From Schmidtea polychroa (Eukaryota), in assembly GCA_044892525.1 (NCBI GenBank), contig CM097885.1, positions 236,408,001 to 236,472,000 on the forward strand: a stretch of 64,000 bases of DNA, in the 5' to 3' direction. Position numbers and translations under genes: made by a program. This document shows, in pieces, positions 51,401 to 61,500 of this stretch. Position 1 is the first letter of the stretch; every line of letters begins with the position of its first letter. The notes beneath the pieces were generated by a model, which saw nothing but the letters and a program-made list of their open reading frames with translations, was not told the DNA's origin and searched no databases.

Positions 51401-53905
51401 CTAAATTATTTTATAATTAAATTTTACGATGTATTTTCTTCTTTTTCTCTGAAGCTCAAGGTAGAGCTGTCGGATTCTAAATTCAAAGTATTTTTCTGCA
51501 TAAATTTTTAATAATTTCAAAATAATTATATTTTAACAATATGTTAATGGTTACTAATTTCGGAACAAAAAACGCTATAATAAATTTGCATGCATTTTTC
51601 ATTGTGTTTTGTGTTGGTATGTTCAATTATTTTTCTGTTACCTCAATTCTTATAATAAAGTTATTAAATTTCGGAATAAATTTCTACACAGAAGTTTGTG
51701 TGTTCCTATACTATAAATTTATTGATTGTAGATAGTGTATGTAGAGAAATTTTATAATATAATTTTGAGTTATAAACAGTAAACTAAAATCTTGCAAAAG
51801 AGCAATTTGTATATTCGCTCTCAAATACAAACACGTCCACACGTACTATGTCTTATGCTGGTAGTTTTCCTATCTTTATGTTTGCTGGCTAATTTTTTCA
51901 ATTGTAGATTAAAATAATCCTAAATATTTGACGGCACACAGTTTGACAGACACTGAATTAGAGCAATGAGTTTGCTTTAAGACTTAAAGGTTAAAGTTAC
52001 ACATTGCTTGAAAACATGGTATTATTGGTGTTAATGGCAATCTCAAATCAAAAATTTCAAAAATCTCCGTAGAACACACTTTGCAAATTACTGCACTAAG
52101 TCATTCACATTTTTGTTTCTCAACATCTAAATCAATCATAATTTTCTCAAAATCATTTTTATGAAAAATCACTGAAAGTAACAATGCTAATCAAGGGTAT
52201 GTTGTTCCAGAATTCTATGAAACAAAAGTGAGAAAAATAAAACAATAGAGAAACTGTATCCTAACCCAAGGGAATGTGTTCCAAGTAGAAATCAAAAACA
52301 ACACAATAATTTGTAAGTGTCATTAGATGGCAGACTATTAAAGTGAAACACAAATTGGATTAAGTGACACAATTTTTAAAAGTAAAAGACGGACAAAAAA
52401 CATTAACAGATTTGAGAAGTAATTTAAAATAAATTTATTAATTGTGAGTACCGTATTTTAGCGCATATAACGCGCACGTTATACGCATTTTTACTAACCG
52501 TGCACCCCCATGCGCGGTATCTGTGGGTGCGCGCTTTATGATTTATATTTTACACGTGGCGGCATTGCCAGTGGAAATATTTTTATGATGTGACAGTAAC
52601 CCTACCATCGGTTTTATTGTTTATTGTAATCAGATACCGTGCGCGTTATATGCGCTAAAATACGGTAATTTCAAGTTAAAGGCAGAAAAGCAACTAGATC
52701 TATTCTAATGATAGTTGAAACCAGAAGCAGAATAATTTGTTCCGTTAAAACGGGATATCAATTGGGTTGATCAATAAAAGTTTATATTGTTTGGAATTCG
52801 TACAAAATACTGATTGACAAGACTAGATTCTCACAAGTAGTTACAGGAATGTCGAAACAAATTTCCCGAAGCTTGTTATAGAGTATGAAGACGTGTTCCC
52901 AATTTCATCTCAGAGGTGTACGATGGAATTAAGGTCAGGAATATGTGATAACCATTTTAACAGAATTACATTCTCATCTATATCTCGATAAATAAATCCA
53001 TCGATATGTCAGTGATTTTTGGCAGTGCTTTTGAAGGACATTTCTGCCTATATGCTTCATAGTAAATTTGTCCTATTTCCAATTTGGAGCTCTAAATCTC
53101 GAAATTAAACTTTGTTTCGTTCGAACTAAGAACACTAGACCATTGTTCAGCAGTCCAATCAATGTGTTCACAAACAAACAGCCAAATATAAATACCGAAA
53201 ATGAACCATAACTCTCATACCGAAATATATATAATTTTATACTGACACTAGAAAACTATGTAGGTGAATTACCAATACAGCAATAATCCATACCCAAATA
53301 TAGTCAAATACCATGCATTTTATTAGATCCCTCATATAATTACGTAATTAATAACAAACCTATAAGCATAATCGTATTTATTGAAGTTGTTTAGTAACTG
53401 ATGGCTTTCTTATATTTACATAATAAAAATTTGATAATTTAAAATGATAAACATTTTCCTATATTTACCATAGTTCGATAATACATTCCGAAATTCAATC
53501 GTAAATTTAAATGATACCAGTTTAAAAACTCCTCAACTCTGGCGTTAACCCGACTTTCGTTTGGAATCCAAGAACTTTGAGGTTGGTATTTATTTAGAGA
53601 ATATTTCATAATGGCAACACTAAATATGATTAAAAATTGATTGAATTCTAATGATTGTTTTTTACCTTTCAGATAGTTGAAATCCGTCATCATCAATTGT
53701 CGGAATACTTTGAAGATAATTCTTTTTATTACCTCTTACAATTTGGTCCTCTAAATTACGATTTCTTTCATATCAATATAAGAAGCGACAAACTTTTATT
53801 TTGATTGACAAGATGCGCATCAAATGGTATCCCAGCGCATTTAAATAGTAAATAGCACGCTCTGGCTGGTTGAGAAATATATTCGAAATATAATTTCAAT
53901 GGCAT
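7179..53905 (-). CDS. Glutathione S-transferase, theta class; exons 53794-53905, 53666-53750, 53469-53619, 7179-7529 (about 232 aa)
   Basis: The spliced product reads MPLKLYFEYISQPARAC...IPTIDDDGFQLSESVAIMKY...VEEFLNWYHLNLR...MYYRTM|ILGPIITGQ...LTIADVLAACEISQ...FPNVFNWY. All introns are GT-AG with consistent phases (1, 2, 0). It has the theta-type SQPxRA motif, and AATAAA overlaps the stop codon. Confidence 0.85.
7710..8028 (+). mobile_element. Non-autonomous Helitron-like element
   Basis: The 5' end is TCtaatatataaag followed by (gttt)n. The 3' end is GC-rich gccgggtacccca then CTAG followed by T. No target duplication is visible. Confidence 0.55.
8615..8803. repeat. ~190-bp fold-back palindrome (MITE-like)
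   Basis: The arm ttatttaaaacaataaagtgataatt...gtccttg and its near-perfect reverse complement flank a short loop. Confidence 0.8.
9700..10295 (+). mobile_element. Mariner transposon relic (3' half of the transposase plus right TIR)
   Basis: Motifs KTMICVWWDWEG, LLHNNARPH and WEVLQHPPYSADLAQTD (YSPDLAPxD-like). It ends in gaacttatgcaacaaccaaata and contains stops and frameshifts. Confidence 0.85.
12211..12828 (+). pseudogene. Polinton packaging ATPase (A32/FtsK-like)
   Basis: Walker A IVGPSGRG (frameshifted), Walker B VIIIDD, and VIFITQNLF...NPRD...HGYLFLDF...LRVRTDIF; contains frameshifts and a stop. Confidence 0.9.
13023..16124 (+). mobile_element. hAT (Buster subfamily) transposon, full length
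   Basis: TIRs cagtgttcttcaacct / aggttgaagagcactg (1 mismatch). Perfect 8-bp TSD atctagac (13015-13022, 16125-16132) with a central TA. Subterminal gggttccg repeats. Confidence 0.95.
13936..15876 (+). CDS. Buster-type hAT transposase (ZBED5/ZBED8-like), 646 aa, apparently intact
   Basis: BED finger CVEC...RHLETNH, LQLDESTD, CTDGA, HCCLHRQAL, VRWLSRG and CERSFS; the ORF is uninterrupted. Confidence 0.93.
   Translation: MDTWLKTGKLPAKVKEVNLETETASKDNAVSSRLDTETSSKNLPSKNKIANDSDKSTKKRKYDDEYLKFGFAWIGNEKEPNGLCVECEKVMHNSSLNPAKMKRHLETNHPTLKNKSIEYFQKKCNELKQKNQQFKKFIHDDNINALKASYLVSYRVAQQGEAYTIAEKLVKPCTKGIVSCMIGEKHVKMVDYVPLSDTTVSRRIMDMANYCEVQLIKRLKNCIHGFSLQLDESTDVSGLAILLVFVRYIHEMAAEEDMLFCKALPSKTTGEEIFKIIDSYFIQHDISWDLCHHVCTDGAKAMLGSLKGVVARIKQKNPYIKNNHCCLHRQALAVKRMPEELKTVLNDCVKIVNFIKSRPLNSRIFTLLCEDMGSKHKTLLLHTEVRWLSRGKVLTRFFHLRDEIRLFFAKHPHELSHKLNDVKWVQQISYLSDIFSYFNEVNLSLQGPNTNIFQVQNKINATIMKLKFWADCILKSNTECFFNLNDFLLSNNAEINENVKIYVLQHLSDLQDTFVEYLPAQIENFDWVQNPFVEYCNNYHLTIKEREQYIDISTDSTLKIKFFEGEILNFWLEMFCQFPDLAKKAIKILMPFVTTYMCERSFSLYIATKTKYRNKLDAENEMRLQITRIVPDFNVICSKKQAQPSH
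17290..17606 (+). repeat. 5' LTR
   Basis: Direct repeat of 36125-36441; only one difference was seen (caactatg vs caagtatg). Confidence 0.95.
17606..18691 (+). pseudogene. Gag with three CCHC zinc knuckles; premature stop at 18422-18424
   Basis: CWTCQKPGHSSREC, CYACGVEGHIRREC and CHRCNARGHKEREC; the same frame resumes after a single TAA. Confidence 0.9.
18640..18681 (+). promoter_or_regulatory. Candidate -1 programmed ribosomal frameshift signal (gag to pol)
   Basis: Slippery heptamer C CCA AAC in the gag frame, a 6-nt spacer, then the hairpin gctccgtcaa...ttgatcggagc. The -1 frame opens exactly at 18640. Confidence 0.7.
18640..21268 (+). pseudogene. Gypsy Pol: protease, RT, RNase H and integrase zinc finger
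   Basis: LLDTGA, RLCLDFRQLN, MPFG, YLDD, LDTDAS, TRKELLA, TDHKA, NADMLSR and H...CERC. There is a frame change near 19035 and a stop at 19772-19774. Confidence 0.92.
21490..21995. repeat. Subterminal degenerate tandem repeats (mirrored at about 34630-35140)
   Basis: Recurring caggatattttcaatacaaaa...ctacactaaaaaa units. Confidence 0.8.
23500..24175. repeat. (AAT)n-rich microsatellite block (mirrored at about 32395-33085)
   Basis: Long aataataat runs with higher-order duplication. Confidence 0.95.
26850..27260. repeat. ~58-bp degenerate tandem repeat (mirrored at about 29250-29720, with one extra unit)
   Basis: Recurring gactatatc(c/t)cccttacaatgatatattccca...ctcattaaa units. Confidence 0.8.
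35363..36151 (+). pseudogene. Gypsy integrase catalytic core and C-terminus (severed from Pol)
   Basis: PFEKIYMDICG, LHVDCG, SPYHHNTNGIIERQFR and WEGPYKV. It rejoins Pol in frame as TIKST|EPFEK once the insertion and one TSD copy are removed. Confidence 0.93.
36125..36441 (+). repeat. 3' LTR
   Basis: Direct repeat of 17290-17606, preceded by the polypurine tract. Confidence 0.95.
36942..37952 (+). pseudogene. Polinton minor capsid protein (penton-like, PZ)
   Basis: N-terminal FYMILPSNSS...PNNNASKFIVEL*NPIYLNGSLEV and C-terminal MFIYS...VGDVSVPLLK...IKINISDDRGKLIKF; disrupted. Confidence 0.75.
37949..38320 (+). CDS. Polinton small virion/core-type protein (QxGG motif, amphipathic segment, basic tail)
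   Basis: SQNGGELPYFIGKQYESGWLQTIGRFALTILKK; it lies between the minor and major capsid genes. Confidence 0.55.
   Translation: MTNRDIVSLYSGSQNGGELPYFIGKQYESGWLQTIGRFALTILKKISSFRMKTAKDVIMKDQKILPTLKRHAMDVIGKLIPGVAKSSKPNETKKLSPPPPPPILKLTPQQILNKRRRSVINKR
38346..38996 (+). pseudogene. Polinton major capsid protein (PY), internally deleted
   Basis: N-terminal KTELCIFDRPSPQVVIE, NFMFHSLF...YAHKALIETILNY, and C-terminal GNLRLDIKF...VIIYGVFESEIQISANR. It is too short for a full MCP and contains stops. Confidence 0.8.
39024..39383 (+). CDS. Adenain-like cysteine (maturation) protease
   Basis: FLGVYP, VNT...EHWLAV, FDPMG and Q...CGQYC supply the His/Asp/Gln/Cys residues. Confidence 0.88.
   Translation: MIYLIISVQLNRIATNLFRDKFLGVYPLDKIPFLDKYNAILVNTESSSLGDEHWLAVYVKPEKMYVFDPMGYYYPSLLVSKLSKLSKPIVYNKIRHQEPLTVTCGQYCIDWLCLIFNKC
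39580..41319 (-). pseudogene. Polinton B pPolB with a large internal deletion
   Basis: The N-terminal Cys/His and acidic region is joined near 40350 to LNNSLYGKT, YIGQSILDLSK, GDTDS, IGKFKDE and SFAYGHY. The exonuclease and motif A regions are missing. Confidence 0.88.
41386..42424 (-). mobile_element. Internally deleted hAT element with a transposase C-terminal remnant
   Basis: Ends caggatgctttcc / ggaaagcatccctg; 8-bp TSD ggtacgca / agtacgca; AERGFSLMNII dimerisation motif at 41718-42038. Confidence 0.8.
43024..45391 (+). mobile_element. hAT transposon (SPIN/GTF2IRD2-like) inserted in (TA)n
   Basis: 12-bp TIR cagggatggcaa / ttgccatccctg, with TA repeats on both flanks. Confidence 0.9.
43440..45134 (+). 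CDS. SPIN/GTF2IRD2-like hAT transposase, 564 aa, lacking the BED finger
   Basis: KPFSDGEFVK, ICLDESTD, TTDGAPNM, HCIIHQQVL, VRWLSR and STYYCESLFS. Confidence 0.88.
   Translation: MVPKKPKLQDIRSFVLSWTADYGFEISYLIAKQSKPFSDGEFVKTVMLKAAESFFQDFNNKEKIIQRIREVQLSRNSVKDRILKISANISDQLYNDVNSCDYISICLDESTDIKSSARLAIIARYPKDNEMHEELLKLANIPERTRGSDICEVVFNELNKLKINIKKIISVTTDGAPNMTGPEIGFVNLFQNLVGHPIIGFHCIIHQQVLCAKFGTSDFKEISEQVNKIINFVVARDMHKRQFKKLLNDMDCEYDTLLMCNSVRWLSRATSLERFVNCLEEIRLFLHEFDRDRFKELYDTEWLTKLMFFTDVTLHLNVLNKKLQGRGKTIEVMFGLIKGFEIKLDIFARDIASGKHNNFPKLKSFLNESTIFKTNWNFNYEFSKVLETIKEQFSNRFKDFKRIDRLLKIVNYPDLFDIQDFDNNLINWMKLENLEMQTVDLQSNPIWTQKFVNMRKNIEELEYHRLSQDGESECRIENLILEVWKSMPEAFASVKKLAIAMLTIFASTYYCESLFSVLNHVLSKTRNRLTEEDSAACITLQSTTYHPDIKNLASNMKQKTSNKI
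45392..45490. repeat. (TA)n microsatellite
   Basis: About 100 bp of TA dinucleotides. Confidence 0.95.
46285..51360 (+). mobile_element. hAT (Tip100/ZMYM1-like) transposon with a degenerate transposase (about 46821-47137 + 48926-51056)
   Basis: 14-bp TIR cagggccgccgcgt; perfect TSD atcctgag (46277-46284, 51361-51368); motifs LAFRG, IQNEII, ILDTTPDISH, GQSYDNGANM, TRWESR and SGERSFSKLKLIKNYLRSTM; several stops. Confidence 0.92.
47138..48921 (+). mobile_element. Deleted piggyBac element inserted at TTAA in the hAT transposase
   Basis: TTAA at 47134-47137 and 48922-48925; imperfect TIRs ccattttatacgg / ccgaatgaaaggg; LYFDNYFSS, YNLCMGGVDLLDQ and a Cys-rich tail. Removal restores DPATWPKQINIKLRDCLIEN. 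Confidence 0.88.
52451..52665. mobile_element. Tc1/mariner (pogo/Tigger-like) MITE
   Basis: 28-bp perfect TIR ccgtattttagcgcatataacgcgcacg, flanked by TA on both sides. Confidence 0.85.
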
Positions 53906-55548
53906 CGTGAGGTATTTTCAAACAAAAATTGAAATATACTATGAAATATTTTATGTTAATAATGCATTTAAACTAAAATCTATTATTTTATTGGTTTTAT
54001 AATTATTTTTACCTTGATAAAATAACTACAATGAAAAATTAAATTTAAGATAAATTCAATGAAACTAAGTAATACAAAATTTCATCTATAAGATAATTGA
54101 AAAATCTTTGAAAATATTAGCTTTAAGCCAAAGTAGTATAGGCTTTTTTTGAAATTAAGAACATTTATTATTTTACAATTTAAAATTTAATTTTATATGT
54201 TTGTGGTGGGTTGCAGTAATCTTTTTATTTTACCATATCGTGTTGTTACGAACACGACCTAGGACATTCGCTGAGTGTAAGTTACTGATTCAGATTTTAA
54301 TGGGAAGCTTGCCATTATTTCGTCATATTTAATAAAATGAAAGTATTTGTTTTCCGTGAGTTGTTAGATCGTTTTCGCGGAATTCAACCTCACTTGACAC
54401 TGCCTAGTCCAAGATCTTAGTTGACTTAAACGCCCAATCATCAAATTGTTGTCACTTACATCGTCTAAAATGTATTACTTTAATTTAAAGAACTACGCTA
54501 TTCTGGAATTCGTAAGTTTATATTTTACCGCTTGTAAACTTAGAAATTTTGTGTAGATTGATCCTATATGCGCATATTGCAGTGGTTGATTTTATCCGAT
54601 TTCATCGTCGTTATTTTATTATAATGAGACTGTTGTAGATCCTATATCTTGGATGTTATTTAAACGAGTATTTGTCGAGATTTTAAGCCAGTTAAATAAG
54701 TTAACAAAAAATTATAATTTTTTGAGTTCTCTAAAGTTTAGTGTCGTTTGATCAAGCTAAATCTTATCTAATTGTCTTTGTTTTATCAGGAATTTGCAAA
54801 AATTGAACGATAATCTGACCCAAAAACTCTTAAAGGCGCTAGTCCCCAATTTTATTAAAACTTTTCCGGGAATAATCAAATATAGCAAATGCTTGCCTAA
54901 TTCACTCATCTTCAGTTTCGTTTTTCTTAAGTCTTATCAAGAATTTGAGTCGCTCCGTAGTTTATTTTCTCGCCATCGATAGCCCACTGGGCATTAGCAT
55001 TACAAGCTCTTAGTGTCCTATGAATTCTCTGAGTTTTAATGATGATTTTAACGTTTAATTCACTTTCATATTTAACAAATATTTGTGCAAAATTTTATAC
55101 ATAAAAGTTCTTTATCTCAATAGTTTGTTAGAGTTTTACACAAGATTTCAAATATTCAAGTAACCTCACAAATTTGATTAATTTATGACCAAAATGTGCT
55201 TCTTTATATACCATGATTTTTTGTGTGCGAGTATGTGTGCATGTTTTGATGCAGTTAAATAAATTTGAATTATTTGCAGTGAATAAACGCATCTATAATA
55301 TAAAGAAATCAATGTGTGTATATTATATAAACATACAAACTTACCTGTGTGTTGATTTTTATCGTTGCAATGAATAAACGCATTTAATATAGTGAGAAAG
55401 TGGTAGAAAAAATAAACTGACACACACAAACACAACACATAGTAAAAAATGCACGCAAACTTTTGATATATATATAAAATCATTGTAATGAATAAACGCA
55501 TTATAATAAATCATTTACAGAAATTTTTTAAATTTTTTAGAAAAAAAT

Positions 55549-56090
55549 GACAGAAAAAGTTTTAACGAAAATTCCGAAAACTCAACATTGAGTTTTATAG
55601 ATAATGAAGACATTATTTCGTAAGATTTATCTTAAATTTTGAATAAATTTCATAGTTTTTTAGTAGTTTTCATATTGCTCTGAAATTTCAACTTTGCCGT
55701 CCGATGTTGGGAAAAAACTAGAAAATCGTAAATTTTATTAACCTAAATTTAAAACTTAATATTTCTATAGAATTTCATAACTTGACAAGATCCGGTTAGT
55801 CAATGGAATGGAAAATGGAGAAGATTTTTATAATTTCGGGGATTTTTAGGAATTCGCAAAGAATCAACCAGAAATTTAATTTACAAATATAAAAAATTTC
55901 GAGAAATATCCACAGTAAGACGAGGTGGCAGCAATCATAAAATTTCCGAAATACAGTGAAGTCAATTACCAGATTATTTGGAAGAAAACCTCTATGCATC
56001 ACTTCAAGAAATGTGCAATTACATGATGCAACAAAATTTTATTGCTTCAAAAACAACAATTGGCAGATTTTTGAAGAATAAATACTTAAA
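55549..56090 (+). pseudogene. Possible Tc1-like transposase N-terminal HTH relic
   Basis: EENLYASLQEM...IASKTTIGRFL resembles the second HTH; heavily degenerate. Confidence 0.3.
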
Positions 56091-57940
56091 TAAACACGGT
56101 AAAGATTTTATTAATAAAAATCGCCATTCGTACATCTTTTTCACTATATATTTCGATAGCATCACTATCATCATCAAGTTACCTACATTCACGACGGATG
56201 AATAACTATAATATATTTAGTTCATGCTGTGATTTATGTATTGTTTTTAAAATGTGTCTGTTTGTGCTACTTGGGGCGTTTTCACAAATTAATTTATTTA
56301 TGTTTTAATTTTTATGTAAGTTTCTGTTTATTTAGTGTTTAACTGATGTGTTTTTTCATTATTATTTTAACTTAACTTTATTTGTTATTAATGCTATATT
56401 ACGCGTTCTATTTCCAGTCTTCCTACGTATCATAATTATTTCTTTGCACCATTGCACATGTATGATTTTAAAAAATTTATTGGATGTGCTCATGAGTCTA
56501 CCTTCCCAAACCCCTCCTCTGAGCCCCTGGCCCACCACCATCTTCAGATTTCTCTGATTTGGCCCTTGACTAAATCTAATTGAATAGACATTCCTCACTC
56601 GCAACAGCGAAACTTCAAAAGATCTTGTTGATGATCTTTTCGCAAGAAATGAAATATTACGCTCTTTTGATGTGATAATGAAGGTCATCATAATAATCAC
56701 CACAGAGTTTTAACATTAAAATAAAATTGTTGAAATGAATAACATTTATCCTTATAAAAGAAATACATAAAATTTTGAAAGCTTTTTAATTTTTAGGATT
56801 AAATATTCTTGTCACCATGGAGCAAATTTTCAATGAAAGGGACTAATATGACCTACAGTGTTATATTCAAAAGATTCAGTGGCCAGGGCAAAAGCCTATT
56901 TTTTTCTATGGCAAGACAATTGAGAAAGGAACTAACGTCATAAGATGACGCGGTCCTTAAATATAATGCTAATTATTAAGTTTTTTCTTTGATATTCCAT
57001 TTATTTTCATTATGACAAAAAATCAAAAAATCAAATCTTCAGCTTTGAATTTATCAACTGTTAAAAAAGCCGAAAATTTGTATTGCATAGAAAATTATTA
57101 AAATATCAAATTTAATAAAATGCATATCAATTAATTACAGAATTCTATTACAGAGAAATTATTATTATATAATTAATCCAGACGGAAAATTTAATATTTT
57201 GCAATGCCTTTAATTTTATTGACAACATAACATTTTTATTTCAATGTTGTTGAAAATTGGCTTTACAGTCAAATAATGCACAATTTGCCCAATTTAACCT
57301 TTTCCTTCATTTAAAACTGCTATACTAAATTAAATATTAGAAATTAATTTTAAATAAATTTAACTGATTGAATTAAAATTTTTCTAATAGTCATGGTAAC
57401 GGTAACTAATTTTGAGAATTGTATGGTTTGAAATGGGAAATGTTTATATTATATTATTATCATTTATTTTATGTTATCAAATTTAGGTCTACTCAATAAG
57501 AAAGGACAAACCCAACCTAGAGTTCGAATATATCATTTGCTTATTAAAACAAAAAATTAAAATACAAAAGAACAAAGTCTTAAAAATAATTTTATATAAA
57601 AAATCTGAAATATTCTACTAGAATATAAAAATAATTTAGACAACTAAAATTCATTAAGATTTCAAATATATAAAATTGTAAAAATAAATCAAATTTTCAA
57701 ATTATCGAAGCCTTTTGTTTTATTTATTTATAAAACTACAGCGCCAGTGAAGGTGAAATAAAATAATCATTAGCTATTTAAAGATAGAGATAATATCATA
57801 TAAATAAAATATAAAATAATGATCATCAAAGAGATTTGTATGCCAATATAATCTTGTGAAACGATATGAACACTCCACGGTTTTTTCGACTAAATGATAT
57901 TTTAAAATAAAATATGAAAAAATGGAGAAAAAAGTTTCAC

Positions 57941-58530
57941 CATTGGAAATAACGGTGGCCCTCAAATAAACCATCATGTTTTCCAGCTTCCTCGCCCAAT
58001 TCTAAACCCACACAAACTTCGGACCGACCCGGTAAATGACCAATAAAACAAACTGTTCCTGTTGCCATTTTACCTCCGGGACGAACAAATTTTACTACAT
58101 CATCTAAATGTAAATCCTTAGCAACTTTTGGTGTAAATGAATATTCGTATCTGGGAGGAAATGTGTAACTGGAAAAATAAAAAAATCAAATCTTTCAATC
58201 ACTATAAATTATTAAAATTGAAAATTGATATCATTTTCTATTTAAATATCTAATTTTCTATGTAACTATAAATGGATGTAACTATATTTAAAGATTTAAA
58301 ATGAATACTAACTAATTATTAGTTATTGATTTTTTCATATATTGCTTATAAAAATTTTGAATATTTAAAAATTGTTTTTAGAAAACAATTGTGATTTGAT
58401 TTAAAGCTGAAGTTTGAACATGAAAAAGGCTGTCATTTTGATGGGTTATAGATAGTATTTTATAGAACTGCATATATTGTTACCTCAGTTGAACATTTAT
58501 CATTCCAACATTGGGTACACTGCCTGACAT
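57941..58530 (-). CDS. CAP-Gly domain protein, partial (exons 58484-58530 and 57941-58168; 3' exon unresolved)
   Basis: GTVCFIGHLPGRSEVCVGLELGEEAGKHDGLFEGHRYFQ matches the CAP-Gly GKxDG motif; the GT-AG sites are phase-compatible. Confidence 0.75.
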
Positions 58531-61500
58531 GTTCCGAAGTTACATCACAAGATATCGCAATAATGCCAAAAGTTTGAACAAAAATCAATAACGTACTGAC
58601 ATTTTTAAAAATTTCCAAAAAATCTCTAGAATTTTAAAAATTAATATGCAGTAAAGCTATAAAAGCGACACAAGAAATGTTAAAGAGTTTTTAAAGAACG
58701 AAATTGTTAAAAAATTAAGTCAAACCAAAACTAAATAAATTATTAATAATATAAATTCATTAAAATAAATTCATCGATAGCGGAATCATTTATTAAAATA
58801 TAATTCAAATAAATAAATAACTATATAATAATAAGTCTTTTTCTCTACTTCCTCTCTGATGGTACCTTTCAATTAGAGGAATTAGAGAATGAAAGACTTG
58901 TTAAATATTATTTTTGGAACAGGAAATGAATAAGTTAACGTGGAATAAATAACAATTAAAAGATTTTGTATAATAAACGTCTAAATACATAATTGTCTAT
59001 GTATGTATGTGAATGAGTGATTATGGAATAACGCTTAATTAAAATCATCAAACGGCAAATTTTATTATAACTTTTAATTTTTATCGACAACATGGCATTT
59101 TTATTTTAATATTATCTGAAAATCTACTTTCCTCTATCGAATGATGCATAATTTGTCCAATTTGGACCATTAATTCTTTTTTTTAACTGATATATTATAT
59201 TAAATATGGAAAATTATTTTAATTATTTTTTGAACATACAAATCTATGGAGAATTATGTATTTGGATTAATAACATGATTCCGTCATTTTGACGGACTAT
59301 AGGCAGTTATGGGATATAATTTTCTTTGAAACCGGTACGCTTTCCAAATTTTTATTGAATTGTAAAATGAAAAATCCTTACACACTAGAACTTTATAAGA
59401 ACCAGTACGGGTGTACCAGTGTGTACCGGCTAAATTCCATCCCTGTTTATACTAGTAAACATTATAATTTTAATTTATCTACATGCCAAACTTTATTTTA
59501 AATAACGACTTCACAAATTTTAAGCATGGTATTTATTAAGCTATTATTCCTGACATTTATACACATTATTCTTGATCTGTCTCACAAATGAACAATTGGG
59601 ATAAGGTACGTTTTTCTAATATTTATATCAAGCTCGTCCGACAAAATTTCAGTAAGGTTTGAGTTAGGAAATTGGTATAAATGTATCATTACATTTAGAA
59701 TACCATTTTCAACGAAATTACCCAAATATCCAATACGAAGCTTGTAAGTTCTTTAGGTGGTTATTTTGAACACAAAAATGGTTGTCACACGTTTAGATAG
59801 AAATATTTTATTCCTCAAATTTTATTGACATGGTTTTTCTTTAATAATGGATATAATATTCTTGATATTGAAGTCGTTAAACAACCTAAACATTTCCACG
59901 CAATAATATAGTATCAATAGAATACATATTTATAAGTAGTCCTAAATTTTGCTTTTAGGCAAACTATTTGGTTTGGTTTAAGAACTTTTAACTTAAATTC
60001 GTTAGTCCAAAGAACTTTATTACTTCATTTTTTTTCATATTTTTAGCCTAATACATATTTTACTTTTTATTGGGTCGTAATTTCTTCAGTTTCTATAGTT
60101 CTTGTTTCATAGTAGTAACGCTCCAGAGGTTTTTTCTCCCCTGATTTAATTGTATTATTATTTCAATACAATTAAATATATATATATATACACTAGCTAC
60201 CATTATATGTCAATCATTTATTTATTTTGTTTTCATTAAAGCAAAAATTTGCAAACATGAATATCGGTGTAATAAATTTCTTAGAGTGCTAAATAACATA
60301 AAACTTGCAAGGCATTTTATTTGTTCATGTTACTTCTTAAAACCTTAATCTGCTAACATTTAATTTTAATAGTTGCGACTTTTATGTTGGTTTTCATTCA
60401 TCATTCATTATGTACCTAACCTTATCTTATAAAGGTCAAAACGTTGTCATAATATATTATTGTACTATAAATTATGAATAATAAACATAAAATTAAGTCT
60501 TATTTATTTCATTTTAATTTAATTTTAAGTCAGAATCATTTTTCTATTCAAGATGAGAGCCTTCCAAAATGAATTCTAATGACATCAACATTTAACAATA
60601 ATTTATTTTGTAAGAACATATTTTTATTGCTAGGATAAATAGTGAATATTTTAAGCCAAAGATAAATTGAAATCGAGATTAGGTCTCAGTTGTGGAACAA
60701 AATATTTTTCCCATTAAGAAAATAAATTGTTATTCTAATGAATAATAAAATGGAGATGATAAAAAATCATGAATAAATAATTTTTTATTAATAGCTTAAT
60801 AAGAATTTAGAGTTTTGACTACACTTGAAAAGACCGTATATTTACAGAAAAATAATTACATAAAAAAGGAAATGATGTACCTTATCTGTGGATAATTTAA
60901 AGTTTAGGTCGAATTTAAAAGAAACCATGAAAGTTCTTTTTTTTCCAATTTCACCACTGATTATTTTTTCCATTGAATTTATTAAAGAGTGCTTGAAGAC
61001 TATAAATCAGTAATATATCGATGGTTTTTGATTCTCACGAATTTTCGGCACTGCCTTTTTCAAGTGAATTTGATTATTATTGCATTTACTTAGACATGAA
61101 AAATATAAAGATCATTTCACCAATAATTTCAAAAATGTTATTGCTATTTCAAATTGCTATGCCAATTATATTATATTATGTGTACCTTATTCTCAAGAAA
61201 TAATGAGGATAATTTATGATATTGATGAAGCTTTTCCGTTAGTAAAATGTAACTTTTCAATAGACAAAGTTAATTTAATAGAACAGACTGATATTAAACC
61301 TACGTTTGAATACTAAATATACTCCTAAATATGCAAATTCTCAGTTTCGAGTGAATTTTAAATTTGTTGGGTTATTGGGTTGGTGATAATATTTGTAAAT
61401 TCAAATTTTTCACTTTGACTCCAAAGCGTGTTTTATTAATTCACAAATTAACAATCTCGAACAAGATAAACCTTTATTAATATTCACAATAGATCGTACA

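Larger units (their letters stand above)
10687..51955. mobile_element. Putative outer hAT (Buster/Charlie-like) element enclosing the Polinton and other insertions
   Basis: The left end is cagtacctgccaaac and the right end is gtttgacagacactg. The flanking 8-mers aataagag and aattagag differ by one base. A second similar right end finishes at 46099. Confidence 0.45.

Noticed and set aside
59325..59445. Solo hAT-like right end (...ccatccctg)
   Set aside because: No matching left end or TSD was found.
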